From Cyanophyceae cyanobacterium (lineage in GTDB: Bacteria > Cyanobacteriota > Cyanobacteriia > Cyanobacteriales > JBHJGN01): a DNA stretch of 64,000 bases. Under the pieces are notes generated by a model, which saw only the letters and a program-made list of their open reading frames with translations, was not told where the DNA came from and made no database searches. The DNA lies in contig JBHJGN010000014.1 in assembly GCA_050331735.1 (NCBI GenBank), forward strand, positions 11,169 through 75,168. The letters run 5' to 3'. The first letter of the stretch is position 1; each line of letters opens with the position of its first letter. The position numbers were made by a program, and so were the translations under genes. This document shows, in pieces, positions 19,927-30,634 of the stretch.

Positions 19927-20658
19927 TTATTCGTTGCTAATTTGAGCTAAGACCCGCTGCTGGACTTGCTCGTAAGCAGATTCAACTTGCCCCAAATCTT
20001 GGCGGAAGCGATCTTTATCCATTACTCTTGCCTGGGGATCTGCTTCGGCTTGGTTCCACAGGCGGCAGGTATCTGGACTAATTTCGTCGGCTAGCAGCAC
20101 TCGCTGTTGCTCGACTCCAAACTCTAGCTTGAAGTCTACGAGGGCAATGCCACAGCGATTAAAGAAGTCTTTGAGATGCTGATTAATTTGTAGCGCCAGG
20201 GACTGAATTTGCTCTAGCTGCTGCGGAGTGGCTAGGTTTAATAGGAACAGGCGATCACGGGTGAGCAGCGGATCGCCTAGCTCATCGTTTTTAAAATAGA
20301 ATTCCACAAGCGGCGATGGCAGCACGGTCCCTAGTGCTAATCCGGTTTCTCGACAGAGACTGCCAGCGGCAATATTTCTGACTACGACTTCAATCGGCAA
20401 TATTTCAACAGCCCTTACTCTCATTTGCTGAGGCGCTGGTCGATCGATGTAGTGAGTGGGAATGCCTTGGGTTTCTAACCACTCAAACAAAGCTGCCGAA
20501 ACTGAACAATTAACTGTTCCTTTTCCCTGAATCGTTCCCCGCTTCTGAGCATTGAAGGCGGTAGCATCGTCCTTAAATTCAGCGAGTAAAATGCCTGGAT
20601 CTTCTGTGGAGTAGAGGATCTTCGCTTTTCCTTCGTATAGCTTTTGTTGTTGCAGCAT
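19927..20658 (-). CDS. purC: SAICAR synthetase
   Basis: LYEGKAK, FKDDATAFN, EVVVRNIAAGS, LVDFKLEFG, LADEISPDTCRLW, DKDRFR. Confidence 0.98.
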   Translation of the reverse strand: MLQQQKLYEGKAKILYSTEDPGILLAEFKDDATAFNAQKRGTIQGKGTVNCSVSAALFEWLETQGIPTHYIDRPAPQQMRVRAVEILPIEVVVRNIAAGSLCRETGLALGTVLPSPLVEFYFKNDELGDPLLTRDRLFLLNLATPQQLEQIQSLALQINQHLKDFFNRCGIALVDFKLEFGVEQQRVLLADEISPDTCRLWNQAEADPQARVMDKDRFRQDLGQVESAYEQVQQRVLAQISNE

Positions 20659-20836
20659 TTATTTGAGTAACACCACTAGAACGGGGCAAAAATAACTATA
20701 TAACTTATACTACTGTCTGTTTCGCTCTGATTGAGCAATAGCCGTTTATGTTAACTAACTTATTTTCGTCTTTGGTGAATTCATGCTGAATACAGCAGCT
20801 TTTGTTCTTACTTAAAACAGCTCTTCACAAATTTAA

Positions 20837-20977
20837 TACCAATTAGAAAAAGTAATAGGAGACTTGATGAGTTGGGGGAAAGGGGAAGGGGAAAAGGGAA
20901 GCACAGCAGCTCTTTGCCCTTGAACCTCCAATTGTTGGTTAGTTTGGGAACTATCTGACTACTTTCGGCAAATGGTA
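20837..20977 (+). mobile_element. MITE copy 1 (141 bp)
   Basis: TACCAATTAGAAAAAGTA...TACTTTCGGCAAATGGTA imperfect TIRs; TAA on both sides; near-identical to 54649-54795 and 63021-63168. Confidence 0.88.
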
Positions 20978-21294
20978 TAAATTAGTCAATTAGTCTTTCC
21001 TAGAAACTTGTCATTGCTGTGCAAACAAACACAATAGCAATGTTGAAAAAAGCTGGCTTGATTGGTTAGAAGAAAGTTTTTTGACTTGGCTAATGTTTAA
21101 GAAAGGCTGAAAGATTATTCAGATATTTCACAAAAGTCTATCTTAAGCTAGATTACAGGCCCAGGCATTTCAGTAACGTCTACTATTCTTGCTGCTAGCT
21201 TCGATCAGTACGCTTACGGACTAAGTTAACTTGAATATCTAGTTAGAATTTTTTAGATAAAATCGAAAAGATCAGATGATAGGAGACAACAGTA

Positions 21295-21567
21295 GTGACA
21301 GAAAAAGATAAAAATGACTTTCTATATCCTCGCAGTTCCTATCATGGAGAGGTCAAACCTGAAAATTTAGTCTTCAATGCAAATCTGCAAGAATTTACGC
21401 AGAAGGTCAGCTATATCTGCAATTTAGAAACAGCGGGTAAAATGACTCCGCTGGAAGCTTACGACAAAATTAAAGAGCTTTGGAAACAACTCAAAAAAAG
21501 TAAAAAAGAATTGGGAGTAGGTGAAGCTCCCTTTGAGTCGGGCGAAGATGAGGAGCCAGAGCTGTAA
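21295..21567 (+). CDS. Conserved small cyanobacterial protein
   Basis: FLYPRSSYHGEVKPENLVFNANLQEF..VSYICNLETAGK; RBS AGGAG upstream. Confidence 0.82.
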   Translation: MTEKDKNDFLYPRSSYHGEVKPENLVFNANLQEFTQKVSYICNLETAGKMTPLEAYDKIKELWKQLKKSKKELGVGEAPFESGEDEEPEL

Positions 21568-21696
21568 AAGCTCTTAGCTTTTAGCTAACTGAATAGAATA
21601 TCAACCCAAGGGAAAGCGAGTAGCTCTTAGCTGCTATCTGAGGGAGACAATGCCTGCTAGATTAGTAAGCGATCGCCAAATCACCGGGTACTGCCA

Positions 21697-22722
21697 ATGT
21701 CTCGTTCCCAAGCTCTCCTTTACTATATCTGTGCTCGTCTGCTGTTAGCTCCCCTGATGCTGTGGACCATTGTTACTCTGGTATTTCTGCTGCTGCGAGC
21801 GACTCCAGGAGATCCGGCTGATGCTATTTTAGGGACTCGCGCTCCCGAAGCGGTGAAAGAGGCTCTGCGAGAGCAGCTCGGATTATCAGATTCGCTATGG
21901 GTGCAGTACGCACACTATCTGGGACGCTTACTAAGCCTAGATTTAGGGAGTTCGCTCACCAGCCGAGGACTATCAGTGTGGGAAGTGATTGGGCAATACT
22001 TTCCAGCAACGGTAGAGCTCACTTTTTATGGAATGCTGGTGGCTGTTTTCGTAGGGGTCAGCGTTGGTATTTTGTCCGCGTCTCGTCCCGGGACGGTCTT
22101 TGATGCCGGGGGACGCTTGTTTGGCATTATCACCTACTCTCTCCCTCTATTTTGGGTGGGGATGCTCCTACAGTTAGTTTTCTCCGTCCAGTTGGGTTGG
22201 TTCCCGCTGGGAACGCGCTATCCACTGAGCGCTCCGGCTCCACCGAGTATTACCGGACTGTATACGGTGGATAGCCTGCTGGTTGGCAATTTTGGTCAGT
22301 TCTTCACGGCTGTGTACTATTTAGCGCTACCGTGTTTATCTTTAGGGGTGCTGTTGAGCGGTATCTTTGAAAGAATGGTGCGCGTAAACCTGAAGCAAAC
22401 GCTGCGCTCTGACTATGTAGAAGCGGCTAGAGCCAGAGGAATCCGCGAAAGGCGGATTATTGTTGCCCATGCGCTCAAAAATGCCCTCATTCCGGTGATT
22501 ACGGTATTAGGACTTACCTTTGCGGCTCTGTTAGGGGGAGCCGTGTTAACCGAAGTGACTTTTTCGTGGCCCGGCTTAGGCAACCGTCTCTATGAGGCAA
22601 TTTCCTCGCGAGACTATCCGACAGTCCAGGGAATTATGGTCTTTTTTGGAGCAATTGTTGTGGTTGCCAGCATCCTAATTGATATTATCAATGCCTGGAT
22701 CGATCCCCGGATTCGCTATTGA
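21697..22722 (+). CDS. Peptide/nickel ABC transporter permease (DppB-like)
   Basis: TPGDPA, FPATVEL, DYVEAARARG (EAA motif), HALKNALIP, RDYPTVQG, DPRIRY. Confidence 0.93.
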   Translation: MSRSQALLYYICARLLLAPLMLWTIVTLVFLLLRATPGDPADAILGTRAPEAVKEALREQLGLSDSLWVQYAHYLGRLLSLDLGSSLTSRGLSVWEVIGQYFPATVELTFYGMLVAVFVGVSVGILSASRPGTVFDAGGRLFGIITYSLPLFWVGMLLQLVFSVQLGWFPLGTRYPLSAPAPPSITGLYTVDSLLVGNFGQFFTAVYYLALPCLSLGVLLSGIFERMVRVNLKQTLRSDYVEAARARGIRERRIIVAHALKNALIPVITVLGLTFAALLGGAVLTEVTFSWPGLGNRLYEAISSRDYPTVQGIMVFFGAIVVVASILIDIINAWIDPRIRY

Positions 22723-22755
22723 GGAAGGGGAAAAGGAAAAATAAACCATCAACCA

Positions 22756-24291
22756 TCAACAATGATGCTTTTTTCCCCTTGATGGTGACGTGCTATTGGT
22801 TAGCCGTTCTCGTTTCTGATGCTCCAAGGGCAGTAACGGTAGCGTGACGGTAAAGGTCGCTCCTTGTCCTTCCCCCGGACTAGCTGCCGCAATGGTGCCG
22901 CCATGTAGCTCTACCAGGTTGCGGGTAATGGCTAATCCTAGCCCCAGTCCCCCACCAGCAGACTTAAGGCTGCCCTGGCAAAATCGTTCAAAGACGTGGG
23001 GTAAAAACTCTGGGGCAATACCAATGCCGCTATCTTTGACGTGCACAACGGCCTGAGTATCCTCTTGCACTAGCATGACCTCTATAGAGCCGCTGTCAGG
23101 GGTAAACTTCACGGCATTGTTCAAGAGATTCCCAAACACCTGCTGGAGGCGATCCGGATCGCCATTGACAGTAACAGAGGTCGCCAACTGAGTCTTAATC
23201 TGAATCTGTTTGTTATTCGCAGTCGGACAAACGGTATCAATGGCCCCAGCAACGACCGGACCTAAACTGAGAGGACAAAGAGAAAGGCGAACTTTACCTT
23301 GAACGATCCGAGATAAATCTAACAGATCCTCAATGAGCTGGTTTTGGGCCTGAGCGTTACGCTCAATCACGCTGAGAGCCTTGGCCGTCATCGCCTCGTT
23401 GGCAGAGCTAGTCCGCAGAAGCTGAATCCAGCCGAGAATAGCATTGAGAGGCGATCGCAGTTCGTGGGAAACGATGGCGAGAAATTCGTCTTTGGTGCGA
23501 TTAGCGATTTCTGCTTCCTGGCGAGCTTCCTGTTCGCTCTTCAAAAGCTGTTCGCGCTCTTGCTCAATCTGCTTGCGCGTGGTGATATCTGTTAGCATCG
23601 CTAAAGATCCAAGGAATTCTCCCTGCCGACTGATTCTCGGACGAGTCGAAACAATAGCCCACAGTTTGGAGCCGTCTTGGCGGCGGTAGCAAAAGTCGAA
23701 TTGCTCTTTCACTCCTTGCTTGCGTCGCTCTACAATCCGTTCTGCCTCAGCACGAGCTTCGCAATCCATAAATTCGTACAGAGAGCGACCCTGCATTTCC
23801 TGGGGGCTGTAGCCCAGCATCTCCGCCATCCGCTGGTTAACGTACTCGGTTTGCATGGCAGCATCGAGCAGCCAAATTCCTTCATAGGCAGTATCAACGA
23901 GGCGGCGATACTGCTCCTCGCTTTCCTGGAGCCGTCGCAGATTGTGCTCTGCTTTCTCTTTAGCGGCTCGGAGCGAGGCATTTAAAGAACTGATGGTAAT
24001 GGCTAACAGACTAAAAATAGCGAGCTGTAGAAAATCGGCCCCGCTTACTTGTCCTAAGGAGTACAGCGGCGGAATCAGGAAATAGTCACTTGCCAGCACC
24101 GCTAAGACAGTAGCCAGTAAACCTGGACCAAGTCCGCCATACCAGGTACTCAGCATTACCGCTGCAAAAAACAGCAGGGAAACAGTCGGTGCAATGAACG
24201 GGAGCAGTAATTTGGTAAGCAGAAGCGCTGAGGCAACAGACAGAATGGCCACTCCGTAATGCCGTCGTTGAAAGCGCGGGACTGAAAGCAT
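22756..24291 (-). CDS. Membrane sensor histidine kinase (DUF4118-PAS-HisKA-HATPase)
   Basis: 4 TM with WYGGLGPG, PAS, SHELRSPL, NAVKFT, DSGIGI, GLGLGLAI. Confidence 0.92.
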   Translation of the reverse strand: MLSVPRFQRRHYGVAILSVASALLLTKLLLPFIAPTVSLLFFAAVMLSTWYGGLGPGLLATVLAVLASDYFLIPPLYSLGQVSGADFLQLAIFSLLAITISSLNASLRAAKEKAEHNLRRLQESEEQYRRLVDTAYEGIWLLDAAMQTEYVNQRMAEMLGYSPQEMQGRSLYEFMDCEARAEAERIVERRKQGVKEQFDFCYRRQDGSKLWAIVSTRPRISRQGEFLGSLAMLTDITTRKQIEQEREQLLKSEQEARQEAEIANRTKDEFLAIVSHELRSPLNAILGWIQLLRTSSANEAMTAKALSVIERNAQAQNQLIEDLLDLSRIVQGKVRLSLCPLSLGPVVAGAIDTVCPTANNKQIQIKTQLATSVTVNGDPDRLQQVFGNLLNNAVKFTPDSGSIEVMLVQEDTQAVVHVKDSGIGIAPEFLPHVFERFCQGSLKSAGGGLGLGLAITRNLVELHGGTIAAASPGEGQGATFTVTLPLLPLEHQKRERLTNSTSPSRGKKHHC

Positions 24292-24606
24292 TAAATCGCT
24301 TTTCTCCTCTCTAATTCTGCTCGCAGGAGAGTCATTGAGCTGACGTTAACACAAACTTTGGCAAGATTCAGATAGAGCTTTGATGTCGAGCCAAAAACCT
24401 TGGTAGACACTGGTATGTAATACTACAAAAATCACTTTAAGGCCAATTTACCTCCGTCTGAAGAAGTAACTCGGTGAAGAGGATCGATATTAAAATTTAG
24501 GAGACTGGCAATCACAAATAACTGAATGAGGAGTTGACGAGCTCAATTTGTGTCTTGCGAACAGTTTACCAAACATTACTTAATTTTGTGATAAAGAGTA
24601 ACGCAA

Positions 24607-24718
24607 CAGGGAAAGGCAAAAGAAAACTTGTCCCTGGCGGGACGGTGAAAGGGCTAAAGTTCAACGCTATTTCATTCCTCCCTTTGCCCTTTCCCCCTTT
24701 CCCTTTTCCCCGCGCCTA
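24607..24718 (+). repeat. G/A-rich fold-back intergenic repeat (copy E, degenerate)
   Basis: GGGAAAGG..GTCCCTGGCGGGAC..CCCTTTCCCCCTTTCCCTTTTCCCC. Confidence 0.55.
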
Positions 24719-24805
24719 GACGCTAACCCCAGCTCTGCAACCATGAGAGTTAGGTAGCTCCTATCGGTCTTAGAAATCTATCCCTTCGCGTGTTCTAAGG
24801 ATGTT

Positions 24806-26878
24806 ATGGATATTGCCGCTACTGTTAGAGAACCGATCGTCACGTTCGCTCTGCTGATTGCCGTCATTCTCCTCATTCCTCCGCTCTTTGAACGGCTGCG
24901 GCTGCCGGGGTTGGTTGGCTTACTGGCGGCTGGGGTTCTGTTTGGCCCTAGCGGACTGAATTGGCTCCACCCTAATTCTGAAAGCATGAAGCTGCTGGCG
25001 GACATCGGGAAAATTTACCTCATGTTTGTGGCTGGTTTAGAAATCGATTTAGAGCAGTTCCGCCGCACCAAAAATCGCTCTTTCGGGTTTGGATTAGCGA
25101 CGTTTGCTGTGCCACTCCTGACTGGCATACTGGTCGGTCGCTTATTTGAGTTCGACTGGAATGCGTCGGTGCTGATTGGCTCTCTGCTCGCTTCCCATAC
25201 TCTCCTGGCCTATCCGATTGTTAAACGCCTGGGGGTCATCAGTGATGAAGCGGTTATCGTCACCATTGGAGCCACCATCTTTACCGACATTGGCGCTTTG
25301 TTAGTGCTGGCGGTGTGCGTTGGCATCAACCAAGGCGATTTCTCCCCGGCTAACTTAGCAATTTTGCTCGTTTCTTTGGCCATCTATGCCGTGGCAATTC
25401 TGTGGGGCTTCGATAAGCTCGGGAAAGAGTTTTTCCGGCGCTCCAAAAACGACCAGGGGAATCAGTTTTTGTTTGTGCTGCTCGCCGTGTTTCTGGCTTC
25501 GGTGGGAGCGCAGCTAATCGGCGTTGAAATGATTGTCGGCGCTTTTTTGGCGGGATTAGCGGTCAACGATGTTTTGGGAGACGGACCCGTTAAGGAGAAG
25601 GTTGAGTTTATCGGTTCGGTGCTGTTCATCCCCATTTTCTTTGTGGCGATGGGGTTGCTGCTGGATTTAGGAGCCTTTGCTGAAACCCTCAGTTCCTTTG
25701 GGCTGACGCTAGCGATTATTGGCGGATTAATGGCCAGTAAGTTTCTCGCCGCTCTGGCGGTAAAACTGATTTACCGCTACAGTTGGACTCAAACTTTAAC
25801 GATGTGGTCTTTATCTGTTCCCCAGGTAGCGGCAACCTTAGCAGCAACGTTGGTGGGTTACGAAGAAGGGATTCTTCCCGAAACGGTATTTAACAGCGTC
25901 ATTCTCATGATGCTGGTGACTGCTATGCTCGGACCGCTCGTGACCACCCGCACCGCTGCCAAACTAGCACCAGAATCTACCTTCTCAGATGAGATACCTC
26001 CTGCGAGCGTCTCTAGCGGTTTAACGGTAGTGGTTCCGGTTTATAATCCTCAAACTGAGCGGTATTTAATGGAAATGGCTGCTTTACTCGCCCGTCAGGT
26101 TGAGGGGCGCACTGTGCCATTAGCGATCGCCAAAGCCCAGGCGCGGATGGATGCCCCCCAGATGGAGAGGGCGATCGCCCGCTGTCAGGACTTGCTCGCT
26201 CAAGCAACTCACCTCAGCCGCGAACTCGGAGTGGAAGTCATGCCCAAGCTGCGGATTGAATTCGATGTTGCTGAGGCGATTAGCCACGCTGCCCGCGAAG
26301 AACACGCCGATCTCATTGTTTTAGGCATGAGCGATCGCGTTGGGTTTCGCGCCCGTTTGTTTGGGAATATTACCGATAGCGTACTGTGGTCTGCTCACTG
26401 CATAGTCGCCGTTGCCCGCCTGCTCGATTCGCCCCTAACTACTCGCCGGATTCTAGTGCCGGTGTCACACGTTAAGTCAGCAGCACGGCTGCTAGAGTTT
26501 GCTCAGCTATTGGCTCAGCCGAACGGCGCATCGGTGACCCTACTGCATGTTTGTCACCCCAGTACCCCCCATCGTCAGAGAACTTGGCTCTACGATCAGT
26601 TGACGATTACTATCACGGCGCTCGCGCCTTCTAATCCGGTAGACATCCGAATCATTGCCCAGGAAAGCGTCAGTGCCGCCATTGGACAAGCCTCCCGGGC
26701 TTACGATCTTGTCATTGTGCGCTCGCAGCGACGGCGCATTGGCGGGGATGGATTGGCGCTGAGTGAAGTGACCGCTCCTATTCTGCAAAAGCTCGTTTGC
26801 TCGGTCATTCTCCTCGGAGAACCTCAGGGCAAGCAACAGTGGCAACTGTTTAACCGCCGCCAAGGCGTGTCTTTATAG
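24806..26878 (+). CDS. CPA2 cation:proton antiporter with C-terminal USP domains
   Basis: LMFVAGLEID, ASHTLLAYP, TIFTDI, about 12 TM helices, then USP-like VVVPVYNP and ILVPV domains. Confidence 0.9.
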   Translation: MDIAATVREPIVTFALLIAVILLIPPLFERLRLPGLVGLLAAGVLFGPSGLNWLHPNSESMKLLADIGKIYLMFVAGLEIDLEQFRRTKNRSFGFGLATFAVPLLTGILVGRLFEFDWNASVLIGSLLASHTLLAYPIVKRLGVISDEAVIVTIGATIFTDIGALLVLAVCVGINQGDFSPANLAILLVSLAIYAVAILWGFDKLGKEFFRRSKNDQGNQFLFVLLAVFLASVGAQLIGVEMIVGAFLAGLAVNDVLGDGPVKEKVEFIGSVLFIPIFFVAMGLLLDLGAFAETLSSFGLTLAIIGGLMASKFLAALAVKLIYRYSWTQTLTMWSLSVPQVAATLAATLVGYEEGILPETVFNSVILMMLVTAMLGPLVTTRTAAKLAPESTFSDEIPPASVSSGLTVVVPVYNPQTERYLMEMAALLARQVEGRTVPLAIAKAQARMDAPQMERAIARCQDLLAQATHLSRELGVEVMPKLRIEFDVAEAISHAAREEHADLIVLGMSDRVGFRARLFGNITDSVLWSAHCIVAVARLLDSPLTTRRILVPVSHVKSAARLLEFAQLLAQPNGASVTLLHVCHPSTPHRQRTWLYDQLTITITALAPSNPVDIRIIAQESVSAAIGQASRAYDLVIVRSQRRRIGGDGLALSEVTAPILQKLVCSVILLGEPQGKQQWQLFNRRQGVSL

Positions 26879-26934
26879 TTCACTGCTCGTGCCTGATTGG
26901 TGTCTGACGAAGCTGGAGGAGCGCGGTGTTGCCT

Positions 26935-27294
26935 CTACAGCAAACGGAAGATAAAGGGATAGCGGAACGCAGTCTCTGTATGATTCAAAGAGTAAACGAT
27001 GGCCCAAATTGTCAATCCCCAGTGGTAAAGCAACCAGATTGGTCCTAAGATCCAACCCAGCAAACCAAGGGTCAGGAAAGACAGGACGGCAATAATGCCA
27101 CCAATTAGCCAGACATTGAGGTGAAAGTTAATCGCCTCTTTAGCATTTTCTTTCACCACCGGATCTTCAGAGACGAAGAAAATAGCGATCGGAATGCCGA
27201 TTGAGGCAATCAAGGCACTAATAAAAATAGAAGCGTGAGACCCCGCAGAAAGCAACTTCCGCTTGTCTAGATCGAAATTAGTGTCTGCTTGCAT
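26935..27294 (-). CDS. DUF4870 membrane protein
   Basis: KRKLLSA.SH, DPVVKENAKEAINFH, FRYPFIFRL. Confidence 0.85.
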   Translation of the reverse strand: MQADTNFDLDKRKLLSAGSHASIFISALIASIGIPIAIFFVSEDPVVKENAKEAINFHLNVWLIGGIIAVLSFLTLGLLGWILGPIWLLYHWGLTIWAIVYSLNHTETAFRYPFIFRLL

Positions 27295-27644
27295 ATTAAA
27301 AAGAATCTTTATTTAACTATCGATATGACATTTATCGTAACGTTGGCTCAGTAAAAATCGTAGTCAAGATTCCTCTCCACTGCGGTTCTGTTTGCCGAAC
27401 TTAAGCTCCTTCACGCACGGAGGAAGCTCGCATTCGATCGCCAAGTCAGAGGACTCACTCAGGCTCTGATAACACATTTGTGCGATTGCGCTCTAGAGAA
27501 AAACACGTTACTTTGTCAGCAATTAGTACTGTGGATGTATTAAGAAATGAATTTTCCTAAAAGTATCGACGTAAGGTTAAAATGCTGATCGAAAGCTCGC
27601 CTGGACGCTACTCCCCGATCTAATCGCTCATCCTTCCCTATGCT

Positions 27645-28556
27645 TTGATGCTGTCTATTTATATCCTGACCTACAACGAAGAAATTGATATTGCTGAGTG
27701 CATTGAATCTGCTTTGGCAGTGGGCTGTGATGACGTGATTGTGGTTGACTCCTACAGTAGCGATCACACCGTGGAAATTGCCTCGACCTATCCGGTACAA
27801 CTCGTTCTGCATCCCTTCGAGAGTCACGGTCAGCAGCGGACCTGGATGCTTAATAGCGTCACCACTAAATACGAGTGGGCGTACCTCCTCGAAGCGGACG
27901 AACGCATGACTCCTTCCCTGTATGCTGAGTGTCAAGCAGCTATTCAGTCGGGTCAGGCGGTGGGCTATTACGTGGCCGAGAAAGTGATGTTTATGGGAAA
28001 GTGGATTCGCCACAGTACCCAGTATCCTCGCTACCAACTGCGCCTCCTCCACAAAGGCCGAGTGTGGTTTACGGACTATGGACATACCGAACGAGAAGTC
28101 TGCGATGGCCCTGTCGGCTTTCTACAAGAAACCTATCCTCACTACACCTGTAGCAAAGGCTTGAATCGCTGGATCGAAAAACACAATCGCTATTCGACAG
28201 ACGAAGCCAAAGAAACGCTCAGGCAGCTACAGAGTGGCAGCGTTAACTGGCGCGAGTTACTGTTTGGGTCATCAGAGGTCACAAAGCGTCGGGCGCTCAA
28301 AGATTTATCGCTGCGGCTGCCGTTTAGACCCCTGCTGCGCTGGCTATATATGTACTTTCTGCTTGGAGGCATCCTCGATGGACGAGCCGGATTTGCCTGG
28401 TGTACGCTCCAGGCATTTTATGAGTATTTGATTTTGCTAAAAGTAGAAGAACTGAAGCGCCTGTCTTCATCCGTGGGGGCAGCAGTGACAGAACAGTACT
28501 CCTGGAAAGCAGTTGTACCAACGAACTACTCTAGCGAACGCTCGTCTACTCGCTAG
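27645..28556 (+). CDS. Glycosyltransferase family 2
   Basis: SIYILTYNEE, VVDSYSSDHT, EADE, YPRYQLRL. Confidence 0.92.
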   Translation: MMLSIYILTYNEEIDIAECIESALAVGCDDVIVVDSYSSDHTVEIASTYPVQLVLHPFESHGQQRTWMLNSVTTKYEWAYLLEADERMTPSLYAECQAAIQSGQAVGYYVAEKVMFMGKWIRHSTQYPRYQLRLLHKGRVWFTDYGHTEREVCDGPVGFLQETYPHYTCSKGLNRWIEKHNRYSTDEAKETLRQLQSGSVNWRELLFGSSEVTKRRALKDLSLRLPFRPLLRWLYMYFLLGGILDGRAGFAWCTLQAFYEYLILLKVEELKRLSSSVGAAVTEQYSWKAVVPTNYSSERSSTR

Positions 28557-30552
28557 CCACGATGTCTAGTCGGGTAAACTGACGTAGAGATTCTAGCTCG
28601 ATGATTTTTTGCTTAGCTTGATAGTAAGCCTGTAAGTAGTACTGCCAATCTTCCGGTGCCGTTTGTGGATCGAGCTGTTGCCACCGTTCGTAGCAGTACC
28701 GCTTATGTTTTTCACAGGCCACCTGTTCTAAGGCAGCGATCGCTGCTTGAATCAGTAAAGGAGTGCGGTTGAGGTTTTCTTGCGTGGCTTCGTCAAGATA
28801 AAAGAGATGAGCGACCTGAGCGAGAGACTCGGAAAATTGCAGACTGCGCTGTAGCTCATCGAGCAGCATCACTGTCTTGTCTGCTTTCTCCATCCCCTCC
28901 CGGACCGCCTGAGAGGCTCTCGTCTCCGCTTCAACTTCTAAGATCTGCTGCCACAAAAACCGATGATGGGAGAGGCTAAATAGCAAATCTTTTTGTTCTA
29001 AAGACTCGACAATGCCTCGGCGAGTTTCGGGACAGTGAAGATACAGCCGCAGCAGTAACGCTTCCGCCTGTTCTAGCCGCGAGCGTTCTGCCGAGAACGG
29101 AAGCGCCCGAACTTCCTGACTAGCAGCCGGTTGACCAGCGCCATGACGCTCAGAACGAGGAGGGGATGAGGCGGGCTGGCGAGGTTTTTGCTGAGTTCCT
29201 CGCTGCTTGTTGACCTGGAGGCGAAGATTGTCCTCTAGCTGCTTGAAGTACTGGGCATCTCCCTGACTCAGACGGTCGGCGCACTCTGCAATGTAGTAGA
29301 TGCGTAATTCATTGCTATCAAGTTTACTCAACAGCTTCACCATCGCGATGATCGCCTGCTGAAACTGGTCCGCCTGCTTAAGATCTCGCTCTGCCAATAG
29401 CTGATCGAGCTGCCAGTCTAGCCACAGAGGAGCCGCATCGAGCTGCTGGCGATACTGCTCCGCTGCCTGGGGGGAAGAGCGGAGAAATTCGTCCGCATCT
29501 TTGCCGCCGGGCAGATTGAGGACGCGCACCTGAACCTGACCAGAATAGATCAGCGGCTCAATTTCGGCAATGGCACGCTGCGTTGCCACCGTGCCAGCGC
29601 GATCCGCATCAAAATTGAACACAATCTGTTTAGAATCGGTGTAGCGCAGCAGTTGTTTGAGCTGAGCTTGGCTCAGGGCCGTCCCCAAAGACGCGACCGC
29701 ATTCGTGATGCCGGCGGTATGGAGAGCGATCGCATCAAAATACCCCTCCACCACCACGGCGCGATCCTGCTTACTGATGCTGCGTTTAGCGCGGTCGAGG
29801 GCAAACAGGGTTTTGCCTTTGTCGAAGAGGGGCGTATCTGGGGAATTAAGATACTTTGGCTCTTCTCCGGTGAGGGTTCTGCTGCCGAAGCCGATAATTC
29901 TCCCCTGGGCATCGGCGATGGGAATGATAATGCGATCGCGGAAGCGGTCATAAAAGCCTCCGCCGGACTTACGGGCTTTAACTAACCCGGCTTGTTCCAC
30001 TAAAGCAGACGAGTAGCGCTTTTGCTCCACCAGATAGCGGTAGAGCGTTTCCCAGCCAGAAGGGGCGTAGCCTAAGCCAAAGACCTCAATTTCTGCCTCA
30101 AGCTGGCGCTGCTTGAGATAGTGGCGGGCGTTTTCTCCCGAGGGCTGGCGCAGAGCATGCTGGTAGAAACTAGCGCTGAGCGCCATCACTTCATATAGTT
30201 GGTCCCGTAGGCTAAGCTGACGCTGGAGTTCCTGGCGCTGTTCCGGTTCGAGGGTTTTGAGCGGAACCTGATAGCGGCGAGCCAACTCAAAGACCACTTC
30301 CTGGAACGACTGCTTACCGAGTTCCATGAGGAATTTGAAGGCATTCCCGCCTGCCTGACAGCCAAAGCAGTAGTAAAGCTGCTTGCTGGGACTAACGCTA
30401 AAGCTGGGCGTTTTCTCCTCGTGGAACGGACACAAACCGAGGTAGTCTTTGCCGCGCTTCCGCAGCACCACCCGTTCAGAGACAATATCAACGATATCAA
30501 CCTGTTGCTTAACCTCTTCGATGGTGTCTGGGTGTAAACGAGGAGACTGCAT
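28546..30552 (-). CDS. dnaG: DNA primase
   Basis: CPFHEEKTPSF..CFGC zinc finger, PKYLNSP, VVEGYFD, FDADRAG, KDADE; start reassigned to ATG 30552. Confidence 0.97.
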   Translation of the reverse strand: MQSPRLHPDTIEEVKQQVDIVDIVSERVVLRKRGKDYLGLCPFHEEKTPSFSVSPSKQLYYCFGCQAGGNAFKFLMELGKQSFQEVVFELARRYQVPLKTLEPEQRQELQRQLSLRDQLYEVMALSASFYQHALRQPSGENARHYLKQRQLEAEIEVFGLGYAPSGWETLYRYLVEQKRYSSALVEQAGLVKARKSGGGFYDRFRDRIIIPIADAQGRIIGFGSRTLTGEEPKYLNSPDTPLFDKGKTLFALDRAKRSISKQDRAVVVEGYFDAIALHTAGITNAVASLGTALSQAQLKQLLRYTDSKQIVFNFDADRAGTVATQRAIAEIEPLIYSGQVQVRVLNLPGGKDADEFLRSSPQAAEQYRQQLDAAPLWLDWQLDQLLAERDLKQADQFQQAIIAMVKLLSKLDSNELRIYYIAECADRLSQGDAQYFKQLEDNLRLQVNKQRGTQQKPRQPASSPPRSERHGAGQPAASQEVRALPFSAERSRLEQAEALLLRLYLHCPETRRGIVESLEQKDLLFSLSHHRFLWQQILEVEAETRASQAVREGMEKADKTVMLLDELQRSLQFSESLAQVAHLFYLDEATQENLNRTPLLIQAAIAALEQVACEKHKRYCYERWQQLDPQTAPEDWQYYLQAYYQAKQKIIELESLRQFTRLDIVASE

Positions 30553-30634
30553 TGGGTTACGAAAGATACACGGTTCTATTTCAATTGTGTGACGGCATGG
30601 GAACTTTTGGCGAGCGATTGCTCTCTCTGGTTTC

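Noticed and set aside
24413..24426. GTA-N8-TAC possible NtcA site
   Set aside because: Matches the core, but no TAN3T -10 at the usual ~22-nt spacing in either direction, and neighbours have no evident nitrogen link; could be chance
27295..27644. Possible sRNA in the DUF4870-GT2 spacer
   Set aside because: Only weak hairpins, no terminator or recognisable family
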